64,000 nucleotides of DNA from an uncultured Gemmatimonadaceae bacterium. Its GTDB lineage: Bacteria > Gemmatimonadota > Gemmatimonadetes > Gemmatimonadales > Gemmatimonadaceae. The stretch spans positions 64,001-128,000 of the forward strand of contig CAVVTZ010000009.1 in NCBI GenBank assembly GCA_963751275.1. Reading direction: 5' to 3'. Shown here piece by piece: positions 9,924 to 20,221 of the stretch. Position numbers and translations under genes: made by a program. The notes beneath the pieces were generated by a model, which saw only the letters and a list, made by a program, of their open reading frames with translations, made no database searches and was not told the origin of the DNA. Each line of letters starts with the position of its first letter. Within the stretch, counting starts at the first letter, position 1.

Positions 9924-10301
9924 CTACTGGCACTTGATCACGCCATCGCCGACGCCGGCGATCGAGTCCGCGCCGAAACCGACTTCACACGTGATCGCGG
10001 TCGCCGGGTGCGTCGTGTTCGCGGCCCAGCCCGTGCCCTTCGCATCCGTCACGGTCGCGATCACCGCCTGCGACGCCGTGAAGTTCATGTTCACGAGCGA
10101 CGTGGTGTAGGTCTGGTTGTCCGCGAAGTAGCTCTCCTCCGCGGTCGCCATGTTACGAAGGTCGGACTTCATCGACGCGACGTACGCCTTCTCCTTCGTG
10201 TTCGCGAACTTCGGGATCGCGATCGCGGCCAGAATGCCGATGATGACGACGACGATCAGAAGCTCGATCAGCGTAAAGCCCTTCTTGGCGGTGTTGCGCA
10301 T
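9924..10301 (-). CDS. pilA: Type IV major pilin
   Basis: Class III signal KKG|FTLIELLIVVVIIGILAAIAIP with E5; C-terminal Cys pair. Confidence 0.92.
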   Translation of the reverse strand: MRNTAKKGFTLIELLIVVVIIGILAAIAIPKFANTKEKAYVASMKSDLRNMATAEESYFADNQTYTTSLVNMNFTASQAVIATVTDAKGTGWAANTTHPATAITCEVGFGADSIAGVGDGVIKCQ

Positions 10302-10384
10302 AGCGTGATCCTCCTGGATCATGAGTATGACCGCGGCAGGACACGCGCGCGGGTCCAACGGAACGGTTCTCGTGCCATAATTAA

Positions 10385-10441
10385 AGCACAGGTAATGCCG
10401 GGATCCTCTATCGCCTTAACTTCTTATAAATCAATAATTTA
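10385..10441 (-). promoter_or_regulatory. Sigma-54 promoter plus IHF site upstream of the pilin
   Basis: Minus strand CGGCATTACCTGTGCT (GG-N10-GC) at 10385-10400; AATCAATAATTTA at 10429-10441 matches IHF WATCAANNNNTTR inside an AT-rich patch. Confidence 0.7.
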
Positions 10442-10556
10442 GACCAATATCGAACATTAGAACAGGCGGGTCATTCTGCCGCACTCTGCAAGACCGTTTG
10501 GGTTCTGCGACACCGCCGCTCTCGCCTCGCGGCACCCCCCTGCCACAGATTGTACC

Positions 10557-12179
10557 ATGGCCCGTACGAGCGCCCGCTCAGCTGCTGCCGCCAGATCCAA
10601 GGCTGGCGCCACATCCTCCGTGGCCCTCGCAGCTCTCGATGCACTGGACGACGCATACCTCGTCGTGGATACGAAATGGCGGATCGTCGCCGCCAACCGC
10701 GCGTTCGCGCGCTTCCACGGCGGCGACCAAGCCTCCTACGCCGGCCGCGATCTATGGGACGTGCTCCCGCCGCTCGCGCGCGACTACGAATCGGCGCTGG
10801 TCCGCGCCACCACCGCCGACGGCCTGCGCCGCTCCTTCCGCGCCGCCGGTTTCCCCACCGGCTCGCAGCACGCGTTCGAGATCACGGTCACGTCGATGAC
10901 CGGCGGCGGCACGTGCGTGCGCATCGCAGCGGTGCCGGTCGCGAGCTGGGCCGAGCGCGAGCTCGCCGAGCGGAGTGAGGAGAACGCGTCGCTGAGCGAG
11001 GTCGCGCGGCTGCTCGCGCAGGAGGACGATGTCGGCACGCTGCTCCAGGTGCTCTGCGCGCGCGCGATGCTCATTTGCGACGCCGCCGGCGCGAACGTCG
11101 GCGAGATCCATGGCGACGAGGTGCACATTGTGGCCGGCGCCGGTTTCGGCGACGGTCTGCGCGACGCACGCTTCCCACTCATCGGCTCCCTCACCGGCCG
11201 CGTCGCCGAGGCGCGCGCGCTCGTACGCACGGATGACTATCGCGCCGATTATGGGCGCGTCTTCCCGGGACGGCCCGGCTTCGAGCCCGCGGTGGCGCTC
11301 GGCGCGCCGCTCATCGCCCACGGCGACGTGCTCGGCGTGCTGCTCATCCAGCGGCTCTCGCATGGGGCCACGTTCACGGAACGCGAGGAACGCCGGCTGC
11401 GCGCCATCGCCGACCACGCCGCGATCGCGCTCTGGAAGACCAAACTCCTGGAACAGGTGCGCGAGGCCAACCGGTCGAAGAGCGAATTCATGGCGGTGAT
11501 CTCGCACGAGCTGCGCACGCCGCTCACCGCGCTCACCGGCTACGAGGAGTTGCTCGCCGACGAGGTGTTCGGCCCGCTCACCGAGCAGCAGCAGAGCGCG
11601 ATCGAGCGCATGCGCACCAGCACCGAGCTGCTCACCCTGCTCATCGACGAGGTGCTCACCGTCGCGCGGCTCGAAGCGGGACGCGAAGTGATGCGGCCCA
11701 TCGACACGTCGATCCGCGATGTCGTGAGCGCCGCGGTCGCGGTGCTCGAACCGCTCGCACTCGACAAGGGTCTCGCGCTCCGGCTGTCCGAGCCCGACGC
11801 GCCGATGCCGCTGCACACCGACGGCGAGATGATCCGCCGCATCCTGGTGAACCTCGGCGCCAACGCGATCAAGTTCACCGACGCGGGGCATGTCGAGATC
11901 TCGGCCCTCCCTGAGGGGGAATACGTGAACTTCTCCGTGCGCGACACCGGCATCGGCATCGCCGCCGCCGACGTGCCGCGGCTCTTCCGCCCCTTCACGC
12001 AACTCGATTCCGGCGTCACGCGCCGCTACGGCGGCACCGGGCTCGGACTCTACATCTCCCACCGGCTCGCGATGCTGCTCGGCGGCACGCTCACGGTGGA
12101 ATCCGCGGTGGGCGAGGGAAGCGTGTTCACCCTCCGGATCCCGGCGCGGCCGGCGGCGCCCGAGGCCGTCCCGTCATAG
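10557..12179 (+). CDS. Cytoplasmic PAS-GAF sensor histidine kinase
   Basis: PAS-like N-terminus, GAF, H-box ISHELRTPL, N box NLGANAIKFT, DTGIGI, GGTGLGL. Confidence 0.92.
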   Translation: MARTSARSAAAARSKAGATSSVALAALDALDDAYLVVDTKWRIVAANRAFARFHGGDQASYAGRDLWDVLPPLARDYESALVRATTADGLRRSFRAAGFPTGSQHAFEITVTSMTGGGTCVRIAAVPVASWAERELAERSEENASLSEVARLLAQEDDVGTLLQVLCARAMLICDAAGANVGEIHGDEVHIVAGAGFGDGLRDARFPLIGSLTGRVAEARALVRTDDYRADYGRVFPGRPGFEPAVALGAPLIAHGDVLGVLLIQRLSHGATFTEREERRLRAIADHAAIALWKTKLLEQVREANRSKSEFMAVISHELRTPLTALTGYEELLADEVFGPLTEQQQSAIERMRTSTELLTLLIDEVLTVARLEAGREVMRPIDTSIRDVVSAAVAVLEPLALDKGLALRLSEPDAPMPLHTDGEMIRRILVNLGANAIKFTDAGHVEISALPEGEYVNFSVRDTGIGIAAADVPRLFRPFTQLDSGVTRRYGGTGLGLYISHRLAMLLGGTLTVESAVGEGSVFTLRIPARPAAPEAVPS

Positions 12180-12225
12180 CGGAACGGCCCTCATGCGGGA
12201 TTCCCTCCCGCGTTAGATTACGGGC

Positions 12226-14977
12226 ATGACTCCGAGCCCGATCACGTCCTCGTTCAACGACGGCTACATTGCCGAGCTGTACGAGCGGTTCCGCCGCGAT
12301 CCTGCCTCCGTCGATGATTCCTGGCGCCAGTACTTCGAAATGGCGCAGCAGCTCGGCGGCGGCGCCCCTGCGCCCGGTGCCGCGGCGCCGCTCGATGCCG
12401 CCTACCTGCGCAAGGTGGCGGGCGCGTCGTCGTTCGTGCACGCGATCCGGCAATACGGGCATCTCGCGGTGTCGCTCGATCCGCTGGGCAGCGAAGCGCC
12501 CGGCGCGGCGGAGCTGACGCCGCAGTTCCACGGACTCACCGAGAACGATCTCACCACGATCCCCGGCGCGGCACTCGGGTTCAACGAGCTGAGCACCGCG
12601 GCGGATGTCGTCGCGCACCTGCGCGCGCTGTACGCGTCGCGCATTGGCTTCGAATTCGAGCACATCGAGGAAGAGAACGAGCGCCTCTGGTTCCGCGAGG
12701 AGATCGAGAGCGGCGCGATGCGCCGCACGCTGAGCGACGAGCAGAAGCTCGCGCTGCTGCGCCGGCTCACGCAGGTGGACGGGCTCGAGCGCTTCCTCGG
12801 CCGCGCGTACCAGGGCTACAAGCGCTTCTCGATCGAGGGCAGCGACGCGCTGGTGCCGATGCTGGACGAGGCCATCGAGGGCGCCGCCGCGCGCGGCGCG
12901 CGCGAAGTGGTGATCGGCATGGCGCACCGCGGGCGCATCAACGTGCTCACGCACGTGCTCGAGAAGCCGGTCGGGCAACGTGTTCGCGGAGTTCGACGGG
13001 AAGCACGGCGCGAACGCCGCGAGCGACACCGGCGACGTGAAGTACCACCTCGGGCGCGAGTACGGTGCGTACGCTGGCCGGCGGCGGCAAGGTGGAGGTG
13101 AAGCTCGTGCCCAATCCGAGCCATCTCGAGTTCGTGAATCCCGTGGTGGAAGGCACCGCGCGCGCACTGCAGCGCTCGCCGGCGGGCCGGGATGAGGCGA
13201 GCGTGCTGCCCGTGGTCGTGCACGGCGACGCGGCGTTCGCCGGCGAGGGCGTGGTGGCCGAGACGCTCAACCTGTCCAACCTGCGCGGGTACCGCACGGG
13301 CGGCACGCTGCACATCATCGCGAACAACCAGGTGGGCTTCACCACCGATCCGCGCGACGGGCGCTCGACGTATTACGCGAGCGACCTCGCGAAGGGCTTC
13401 GAGATGCCGATCGTCCACGTGAACGGCGATGACGCCGAGTCGTGCGTGGCGGTGATCGCGCTCGCGCTGGAGTACCGCGCGCGCTTCAAGAAGGATTTCC
13501 TGATCGATGTGGTGGGCTACCGCCGCTGGGGGCACAACGAGGCGGACGAGCCGACGTACACGCAGCCGCTGCAGACGGCGCTGATCAAGGCGCATCCCAC
13601 GCCGCGCCAGGTGTTCGGCGCGAAGCTGGTGGCCGACGGGCTGCTGCAGGACGCGGCGGTGAGCGCGTTGGATCTCGAGGTGCAGCAGAGCTTCGAGAAG
13701 ATCCACGAGCAGAGCCGGAAGACGGGCGAGTTCAAGAGCATCGACGCGGACGAGAAGGCGACGGCGGCCGCGGCGGCGATCGACACGACCGTGAAGGGGG
13801 AGCAGCTCGTGGTGCTGAACGAGCGCATGCTCACCTGGCCCGCGGACTTCAAGCCGCTGCCCGAAGCTCGCGAAGCAGCTCGAGCGCCGGCGCGTGGCGC
13901 TCGCGGAGAACGGCGAGATCGACTGGGGGCACGCCGAGGCGCTGGCGATCGCGTCGCTGTTGATGGACGGCGTGAACGTGCGGCTCACCGGGCAGGACGC
14001 CGAGCGCGGCACGTTCTCGCACCGTCAGGCGGTGCTGCACGATCACGAGAACGGGAACACGTACGCGCCGTTGCAGCACATCACCGGCGCGCCGGGGCAT
14101 TTCGAGATCCACAACTCGCCGCTGAGCGAAGTGGCGGTGCTCGGCTTCGAGTACGGCTACAGCGTGGCGGCGCCCGACACGCTCGTGATGTGGGAGGCGC
14201 AGTTCGGCGATTTCGCGAACGTCGCGCAGCCGGTGATCGACCAGTTCATCGTGAGCGATCACGCGAAGTGGGGACAGGATTCCGGGATCGCGCTGCTGCT
14301 GCCGCACGGGTACGAGGGGCAGGGCCCCGAGCACTCGAGCGCGCGGCTGGAGCGGTTTCTGCAGATGGCGGCGGAGAACAACATGCGCGTGGCGTATCCG
14401 AGTACGCCGGCGCAGTACTTCCACGTGCTGCGGCGCCAGGCGCGGCTCGCGCCGCGGCGGCCGCTCGTGCTGATGCAGCCGAAGAGTCTGCTGCGGCTGC
14501 CGGCGGCGGCGAGCCGGCTGTCCGATCTCACCGGCGGATCGTTCAAGCCGGTGATCGACGCGCCGGCGCCGGCGGGCGGCCGCGCCGACGTGAAGCGGCT
14601 TGTTCTGTGCACCGGCAAGGTGTATTACGATCTCGCGGCCGGCGCGCGCGGCGACGACGTGGCGATCGTGCGCGTTGAAGAATTGTATCCGTGGCCGCAC
14701 GAGGCGATCGCCGCGGTGCTCGACCAGTACCCGAACATTGAGGACGTCGTGTGGGCACAGGAAGAGCCGAAGAACATGGGCGCGTGGACGTTCGTGGCGC
14801 CGCGCCTGCGCGGCCGCGGTGGGGAACGCGACGCCGATCCGCTACGTGGGACGGCCGGAGCGCGCGAGTCCGGCGGAGGGATTCCTCTCGGCGCACACGG
14901 AGCAGCAGGCGGCGATCGTGAGCGAGGCGCTGAAGGTTCCGGCAGGTCAGCGCACCCCGACCGCGGCGAAGCGCTAG
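12226..14977 (+). CDS. sucA: 2-oxoglutarate dehydrogenase E1; about four frameshifts (near 12978, 13080, 13860, 14812)
   Basis: KRFSIEG, GMAHRGRINVL, TGDVKYHLG, NPSHLE, HGDAAFAGEG, GQDAERGTFSHR, WEAQFGDFAN, GPEHSSAR, WAQEEPKNMG spread over successive frames. Confidence 0.95.
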
Positions 14978-17547
14978 TGCGGGGGCGTGGCGGTTGGGTC
15001 GCGCTGCTGGCCGCGCTGTGTCTGGCGCCCGCGGTGCTTTCCGGACAAGAGCGCGGGGCGAACGCGCTGGGCGACGCGATCGCGGGACTCGGGACGACGA
15101 TGCGCGTACTCATAATCGCTGCGCATCCGGATGATGAAGACACCCGCCTCATCACGTGGCTCACGAAGGGGCATCGTGCGGAAGTCGCGTACCTCTCGCT
15201 GACGCGAGGCGACGGCGGGCAGAACCTCATCGGCAACGAGCTTGGCGAGGCGCTCGGTGTCATTCGCACGCAGGAGCTGCTCACCGCGCGCCGCCTCGAT
15301 GGCGCGCATCAGTATTTCACACGCGCGTACGATTTCGGATTCTCCAAGAGCGCGGAAGAGACCTACAAGCACTGGCCGCATGACTCGCTGCTGAAGGATG
15401 TGATCACCGTGGTGCGCGCGTTCAAGCCACAGGTGATCGTCACCGTGTTCACGGGCACGCCGCTGGACGGACACGGACAGCATCAGGTCTCGGCTATCCT
15501 CGGCCGCGAGGCATACGATCTGTCGGGCGACAGCGTGCGTTTCCCGGAGAAGAGCACGCAGGGGTTGGCGCCGTGGACCGTGAGCAAGTTCTACCGGGAC
15601 CGGGCGTATTTCAGGCCGCTGGTATTCTCCTATCAGTACGACGCCGGCGAGTATGACCCGCTGCTCGGGCTGAGCTACGCCGAGCTTGCGGTGATCAGCC
15701 GGTCGCAACACCGCAGTCAGGGCACCGGCGCGCTGCCGCGGAAAGGACCTTCGCTCGGCTACCTCATGCGTGAAGCGACGCGCGTGAACGCGGGGACGGA
15801 TTCGACAAAAGAAAGATCGATCTTCGATGGGATCGATACTACGATGGTGTGGTCCGAGCGCTCCATGGCGAGCAAGGGGTTTCGAGACTCGTTGTCACAG
15901 CGCCTCTCCTCGCTGCGATCCGCCTACGATCCGTGGCATCCCGAAACATCAGTCGGCTCCATGTTGGCGGAGCTGGCGTGCGTCGGGGAGCATTGTGCGT
16001 TTTCGGCGCTGCCGCCCGACAGTCTCCGTGCTCGTGCCCAGCGGGCGCTCTTGCTCGCGCACGGCATCGCGATCGAAGCAACGGTGAATCGAGATATGCT
16101 CGCGGTCGGCGACACGACCATCGTGCAGGTCGCGATCTTTAACCGGGGCCGTTCGCCGGTCGTGGTCTTTCCCCACATGGAATTCGCGTCCGGTCTCTCC
16201 ATAGATCAAGGGATATCGGGAGCGGGCGGAGGAATGAGCGTCGGGACGGGAGTCAGCCTGCTTCCCGACAGCGTCTGGCGGGATTCTACTCGTATCGTGG
16301 GTAGAAGCCCGTCGGCGCCATGGTGGCTCGCCTCGCCCCGGCGTGGCGACATGTTCTCCGTACCCGTCCTCCCGATTGCTTCAGACGAGATCCCGGAGCC
16401 CGCGGAGCTGCGCGTTGGAGTCGCGGTGGCGGACGTTCCGCTCTGGGTGACTGTTCCGGTCGTGCATCGCTTCGCCGACCCGGTGAAGGGCGGAATTACG
16501 CATCCGCTCCTCGTCGCGCCGGCAGTCACCGTCACCCTCGATACCGACGTCGAGTACGTCCCCGCGAACGCCGCGGTCGACCGCACGATCCACGTGCGAC
16601 TCCGTTCGGCGACCACTGGTGCGCGCGCCGTGCGGGTCTCGCTCAAGATGCCGAAGGGCCTCACGGCCGACAGCGCGTCGCGTACGGTGCAGCTCGCTCC
16701 GCTCGGCACCGCGACGGTGGACTTCCAAGTGCGTGGTTCGCTGCGCGTGGGTTCATACACTCTCGCCGCGGTCGCTGAGAGCAGAGGCCAGACGTTCAGC
16801 ACCGGCTACCAATTGATCGACTACGATCATATCCGGCCGCAAACGCTGTACCGTGATGCCACGATCGCGCTCCAGGCGGTGGATATCGCGATTCCTCCGG
16901 GCGCGAACATCGCGTACATCCCTGGTGTCGGCGACAACTCCGCCGCATCGCTGCGGCAGCTTGGCGTCCCGGTCACGATCCTCGATCCCGCCACGCTCGC
17001 GAGCGCGGATCTATCACCGTTCACAGCCGTCGTGATCGGTTCGCGCGCTTATGAGGCGCACCCCGAACTCGTGGCCAACAACGCGCGCCTGCTCGATTGG
17101 GTGAAGGGCGGCGGCACGATGGTTGTGCAGTACGGACAGGACGAGATGACGCAGCCCGGGATCCTCCCGTACCCGATCACGCTCACGCGTCCCGCGGCGC
17201 GCGTCACGGAGGAGGACGCGGCGGTCACGGTGCTCGCGCCGAGGGATCCGCTGCTCAACGCGCCGAATCACATCGGCGCCGCGGACTGGAAGGGCTGGGT
17301 GCAGGATTTCGCGCTCTACATGCCGAGCACGTTCGATTCGGCTTATACGCCGCTCGTGAGCCTGCACGACACCGGTGAGCCGGCGAATTCCGGCGGGCTC
17401 CTCGTGGCGCGTTATGGCCGCGGCACCTACGTGTACACGACGCTCGCCTTCTTCCGGCAGCTTCCGGCGGGCGTACCGGGCGCCGCGCGGATATTCGTGA
17501 ACCTGCTCGGCGCGCGTCAGGCCGACGCGCCGAAGGTCACGCCGTAG
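14977..17547 (+). CDS. Secreted PIG-L/LmbE-family deacetylase with NEW3 and C-terminal GATase-like domains
   Basis: AAHPDDED, LTRGDGGQNLIG, DFGFSKS, GHGQH; GTG overlaps the sucA TAG. Confidence 0.88.
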   Translation: MRGRGGWVALLAALCLAPAVLSGQERGANALGDAIAGLGTTMRVLIIAAHPDDEDTRLITWLTKGHRAEVAYLSLTRGDGGQNLIGNELGEALGVIRTQELLTARRLDGAHQYFTRAYDFGFSKSAEETYKHWPHDSLLKDVITVVRAFKPQVIVTVFTGTPLDGHGQHQVSAILGREAYDLSGDSVRFPEKSTQGLAPWTVSKFYRDRAYFRPLVFSYQYDAGEYDPLLGLSYAELAVISRSQHRSQGTGALPRKGPSLGYLMREATRVNAGTDSTKERSIFDGIDTTMVWSERSMASKGFRDSLSQRLSSLRSAYDPWHPETSVGSMLAELACVGEHCAFSALPPDSLRARAQRALLLAHGIAIEATVNRDMLAVGDTTIVQVAIFNRGRSPVVVFPHMEFASGLSIDQGISGAGGGMSVGTGVSLLPDSVWRDSTRIVGRSPSAPWWLASPRRGDMFSVPVLPIASDEIPEPAELRVGVAVADVPLWVTVPVVHRFADPVKGGITHPLLVAPAVTVTLDTDVEYVPANAAVDRTIHVRLRSATTGARAVRVSLKMPKGLTADSASRTVQLAPLGTATVDFQVRGSLRVGSYTLAAVAESRGQTFSTGYQLIDYDHIRPQTLYRDATIALQAVDIAIPPGANIAYIPGVGDNSAASLRQLGVPVTILDPATLASADLSPFTAVVIGSRAYEAHPELVANNARLLDWVKGGGTMVVQYGQDEMTQPGILPYPITLTRPAARVTEEDAAVTVLAPRDPLLNAPNHIGAADWKGWVQDFALYMPSTFDSAYTPLVSLHDTGEPANSGGLLVARYGRGTYVYTTLAFFRQLPAGVPGAARIFVNLLGARQADAPKVTP

Positions 17548-18569
17548 TGCGCGTCCGGTGCGCGGCGCTCGCCGCCGCGATGCTGCTCGCCGCGTGCGGC
17601 GGCGGCGACAAGCGCACCGTGCTCACCGTGTACTCGCCGCACGCGAAGGATCTGCTCTCGTACTACGAGCAGGAATTCGAGCGCGCGCATCCCGAGATCG
17701 ATGTGCAGTGGGTGGACATGGGCTCGCAGGATGTGCTCGACCGCCTGCGCAGCGAGAAGAGAATCCGCAGGCCGACATCTGGTTCGGCGCGCCGGCCGAC
17801 ATCTTCGCGCGCGCGGCGGCGGAGAGCCTGCTCACGGCGTACAAGCCGACGTGGGCCGCGGCGGTGGACACGAGTGCGCGCGACGCGAACGATCTCTGGT
17901 ACGGCACGTACCGGACGCCCGAGGTGATCGCGTACAATTCCGAGGTCGTGAGCGAGGCGGATGCACCGCACGACTGGGACGACTGTGCTGCTGCCCAAGT
18001 GGAAGGGGAAGGTGCTCATTCGCGACCCGCTGGAGAGCGGCAGCATGCGCGCCATCTTCGCGGCGCAGATCGTGCGCGGATGGAAGGCGTCGAACGGCCC
18101 GGACTCGGGATACGCGTGGCTGCGAAGGCTCGACGCGAGCACCAAGGAGTACGTCGCGAATCCGGCGCTCTTGTACCAGAAGCTCGGGCGGCGCGAGGGA
18201 CTCATCTCCTTGTTCGACATGCCGGACATCGCAGCGCTGAAGTCGAAGGGGATCCCGGTCGCCTACGCGATCCCGAAGTCCGGGACTCCGCTGCTCGTGG
18301 ATGCGATCGCGATCGTGCGCGGCGCGAAGCATCCGGAGGCGGCGCGGCTCTACTATGAGTTCGTCACATCGCCCGCGGCGTTGACGGCGGCGGCGAACAA
18401 GTTCTGGAGGATACCGGCTCGAAATGATCTACCGCTGGATTCGCTGCCGCCTTGGGTGAGGCAGGCGATGACGGAGATCAAGGTGATTCCGCTGGATCGG
18501 GCGATGATGGAGACGCATCTGGATGAGTGGATGAAATACTGGGATGCGAATATACGGCGGAGGAACTGA
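17547..18569 (+). CDS. ABC substrate-binding lipoprotein (Fe3+/thiamine/polyamine type); frameshifts near 17760 and 17980
   Basis: Lipobox LAAC, LTVYSPH, ENPQADIWFG, APHDWDD/LLPKWKG, IPKSGTP, GAKHPEAA. Confidence 0.85.
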
Positions 18570-19131
18570 ACGGCCGGGAACCGATTGCCGGGAACCGGTG
18601 TGGCATGACAACGCATGGTGTTACTGCTTCAGTCGGCGAGACTCGCGATAAGGCGGTCGAGCATTTGTCTCACGCGAATCGCGAAGTCAGAGGCGGCTGA
18701 GAGGTCGGTGGGTGTCAGGAAGCCGAGGCGCCTCGTGCTCTCCAAGTGAGAGACTACCTCGGCCAGTGAGCCGCGTGCGATCGAGAGATAGTGAAGGTAT
18801 TCACGGCGATGTGACCTCGCGTTGCCCTCGGCGATGTTCGCCGGGACCGAGGCTGACGCGCGGCGCAACTGGTCGGCGAGGCCATTCCGTTCATAGTCGG
18901 GCAAGCGCGCCGCCAGCCGGTAGACCTCCACCATTAGGTCCATCGCGCGCTGCCAAACGTCCAGTTCTTCGAACGCTGCCGGCATGTTGCACCTCCGGAG
19001 GCACACACGATGTCCGGATGCGGCGCGCTCAATGCAATCGTTTCACCTCACCACTCACCATTCCGCCGTCTGTAGTAACACCATGCGTTGTTATGCCTCA
19101 CCGGTTCCCGGCAATCGGTTCCCGGCTGTTC
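18568..19131. mobile_element. Inverted-repeat-bounded cassette carrying a four-helix-bundle gene
   Basis: 18568-18627 and 19072-19131 are 56/60 inverted repeats. Confidence 0.65.
18629..18985 (-). CDS. Four-helix-bundle protein (23S rRNA IVS protein / Avd-like family)
   Basis: FEELDVWQRAMDL...LPDYERNGLADQLRRASASVPANIAEG...YLSIARGSLAEV signature; GGAGG SD upstream. Confidence 0.92.
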   Translation of the reverse strand: MPAAFEELDVWQRAMDLMVEVYRLAARLPDYERNGLADQLRRASASVPANIAEGNARSHRREYLHYLSIARGSLAEVVSHLESTRRLGFLTPTDLSAASDFAIRVRQMLDRLIASLAD

Positions 19132-19180
19132 GAAGAATCTCCCGGTCGCGCCGCGGGCTTCAGCGTGTCACCTTTCCTCA

Positions 19181-20221
19181 ATGCCGAGCTCTCTCTCCCT
19201 CGACTCCCTAACCCGCCGATTCGGCGATAAGGCCGTCGTCGATTCGCTCAGCCTGGAGGTCGAAGCCGGCACCCTCCTGGCTCTCGTCGGCGCGAGCGGG
19301 AGCGGAAAGACGACCACGCTGCGAATGGTCGCAGGCTACGATACTCCCGACTCCGGCAGAGTCCTGCTCGACGGCAAGGACATCACGCACCAGCCGGTTG
19401 CCAGTAGAGAGTTCGGCATGGTCTTCCAGCACTACGCCCTCTTCCCGCATCTGCGAGTCGGCGAGAATGTCGCCTTCGGTCTCGAAGCCCGCGGCATCAA
19501 CAAGTCGGAGCGCGAGTCGCGCGCGACGGCGGCGCTCACCACCGTCGGCCTCGGCGGTGCTGGGAACCGGACCGTCCAGTCATTGAGCGGCGGCGAACAG
19601 CAGCGCGTCGCCCTCGCGCGCGCGCTCGTCATCGAGCCGCGCGTTCTGCTCCTGGACGAGCCCCTCTCCAACCTCGATCCCACGCTGCGCCGCTCCATGC
19701 GCGATGAACTGCGCTCAATGCTGCACCGGTTGAGCGTCACCGCCCTCTTCGTCACCCACGACCAGGAAGACGCCTTCGCGGTCGCCGACCGCGTCGCGCT
19801 CCTCGCCCATGGCAAGCTCCTTCAGGCCGGCGCGCCCGAGGAGCTGTACGACGCACCCGCGTCCCGCGCGGTCGCCGAGTTCATCGGTCGCGCCACGCTG
19901 GTGCCCGCCACTTTCGACGGCGCGCGCGCCACGATCGCGATCGCCGGCGTGTCGTACACGTTCGCCGGCCGCGGCGTCGCGCGCGGCAATGCGCTCGCCG
20001 TCCTGCGCCCCGACGCCCTCACGCTCGTGCCCGAAGGCACGGCGCGCGCCTGGTTCGGCACCGTCACCTCTCGCCGCTTCGCCGGCGGACACGTCGCCTA
20101 TCACGTGAAGCTCAGCGACTCCGTGGACGTCGAGGTCATGAGCGCCGAGCGCGACGTGCGCGAAGGGTCCCGCATCGGGGTCACGATCGGTCACAAGCCG
20201 ATCGCGATCGTCGCGCCGTGA
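19181..20221 (+). CDS. ABC transporter ATP-binding protein (PotA/FbpC type)
   Basis: GASGSGKTT, LSGGEQQRVALAR, LLLDEP, TOBE-like C-terminus. Confidence 0.93.
   Translation: MPSSLSLDSLTRRFGDKAVVDSLSLEVEAGTLLALVGASGSGKTTTLRMVAGYDTPDSGRVLLDGKDITHQPVASREFGMVFQHYALFPHLRVGENVAFGLEARGINKSERESRATAALTTVGLGGAGNRTVQSLSGGEQQRVALARALVIEPRVLLLDEPLSNLDPTLRRSMRDELRSMLHRLSVTALFVTHDQEDAFAVADRVALLAHGKLLQAGAPEELYDAPASRAVAEFIGRATLVPATFDGARATIAIAGVSYTFAGRGVARGNALAVLRPDALTLVPEGTARAWFGTVTSRRFAGGHVAYHVKLSDSVDVEVMSAERDVREGSRIGVTIGHKPIAIVAP

Noticed and set aside
13894..17547. Apparent 1217-aa SucA-PIG-L fusion (and similar 912, 966 and 987-aa ORFs)
   Set aside because: Artefacts of frameshifts or in-frame upstream extension; each has its own overlapping stop/start junction.
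18629..18985. Diversity-generating retroelement (Avd)
   Set aside because: No reverse transcriptase and no TR/VR pair differing at adenines in the window.
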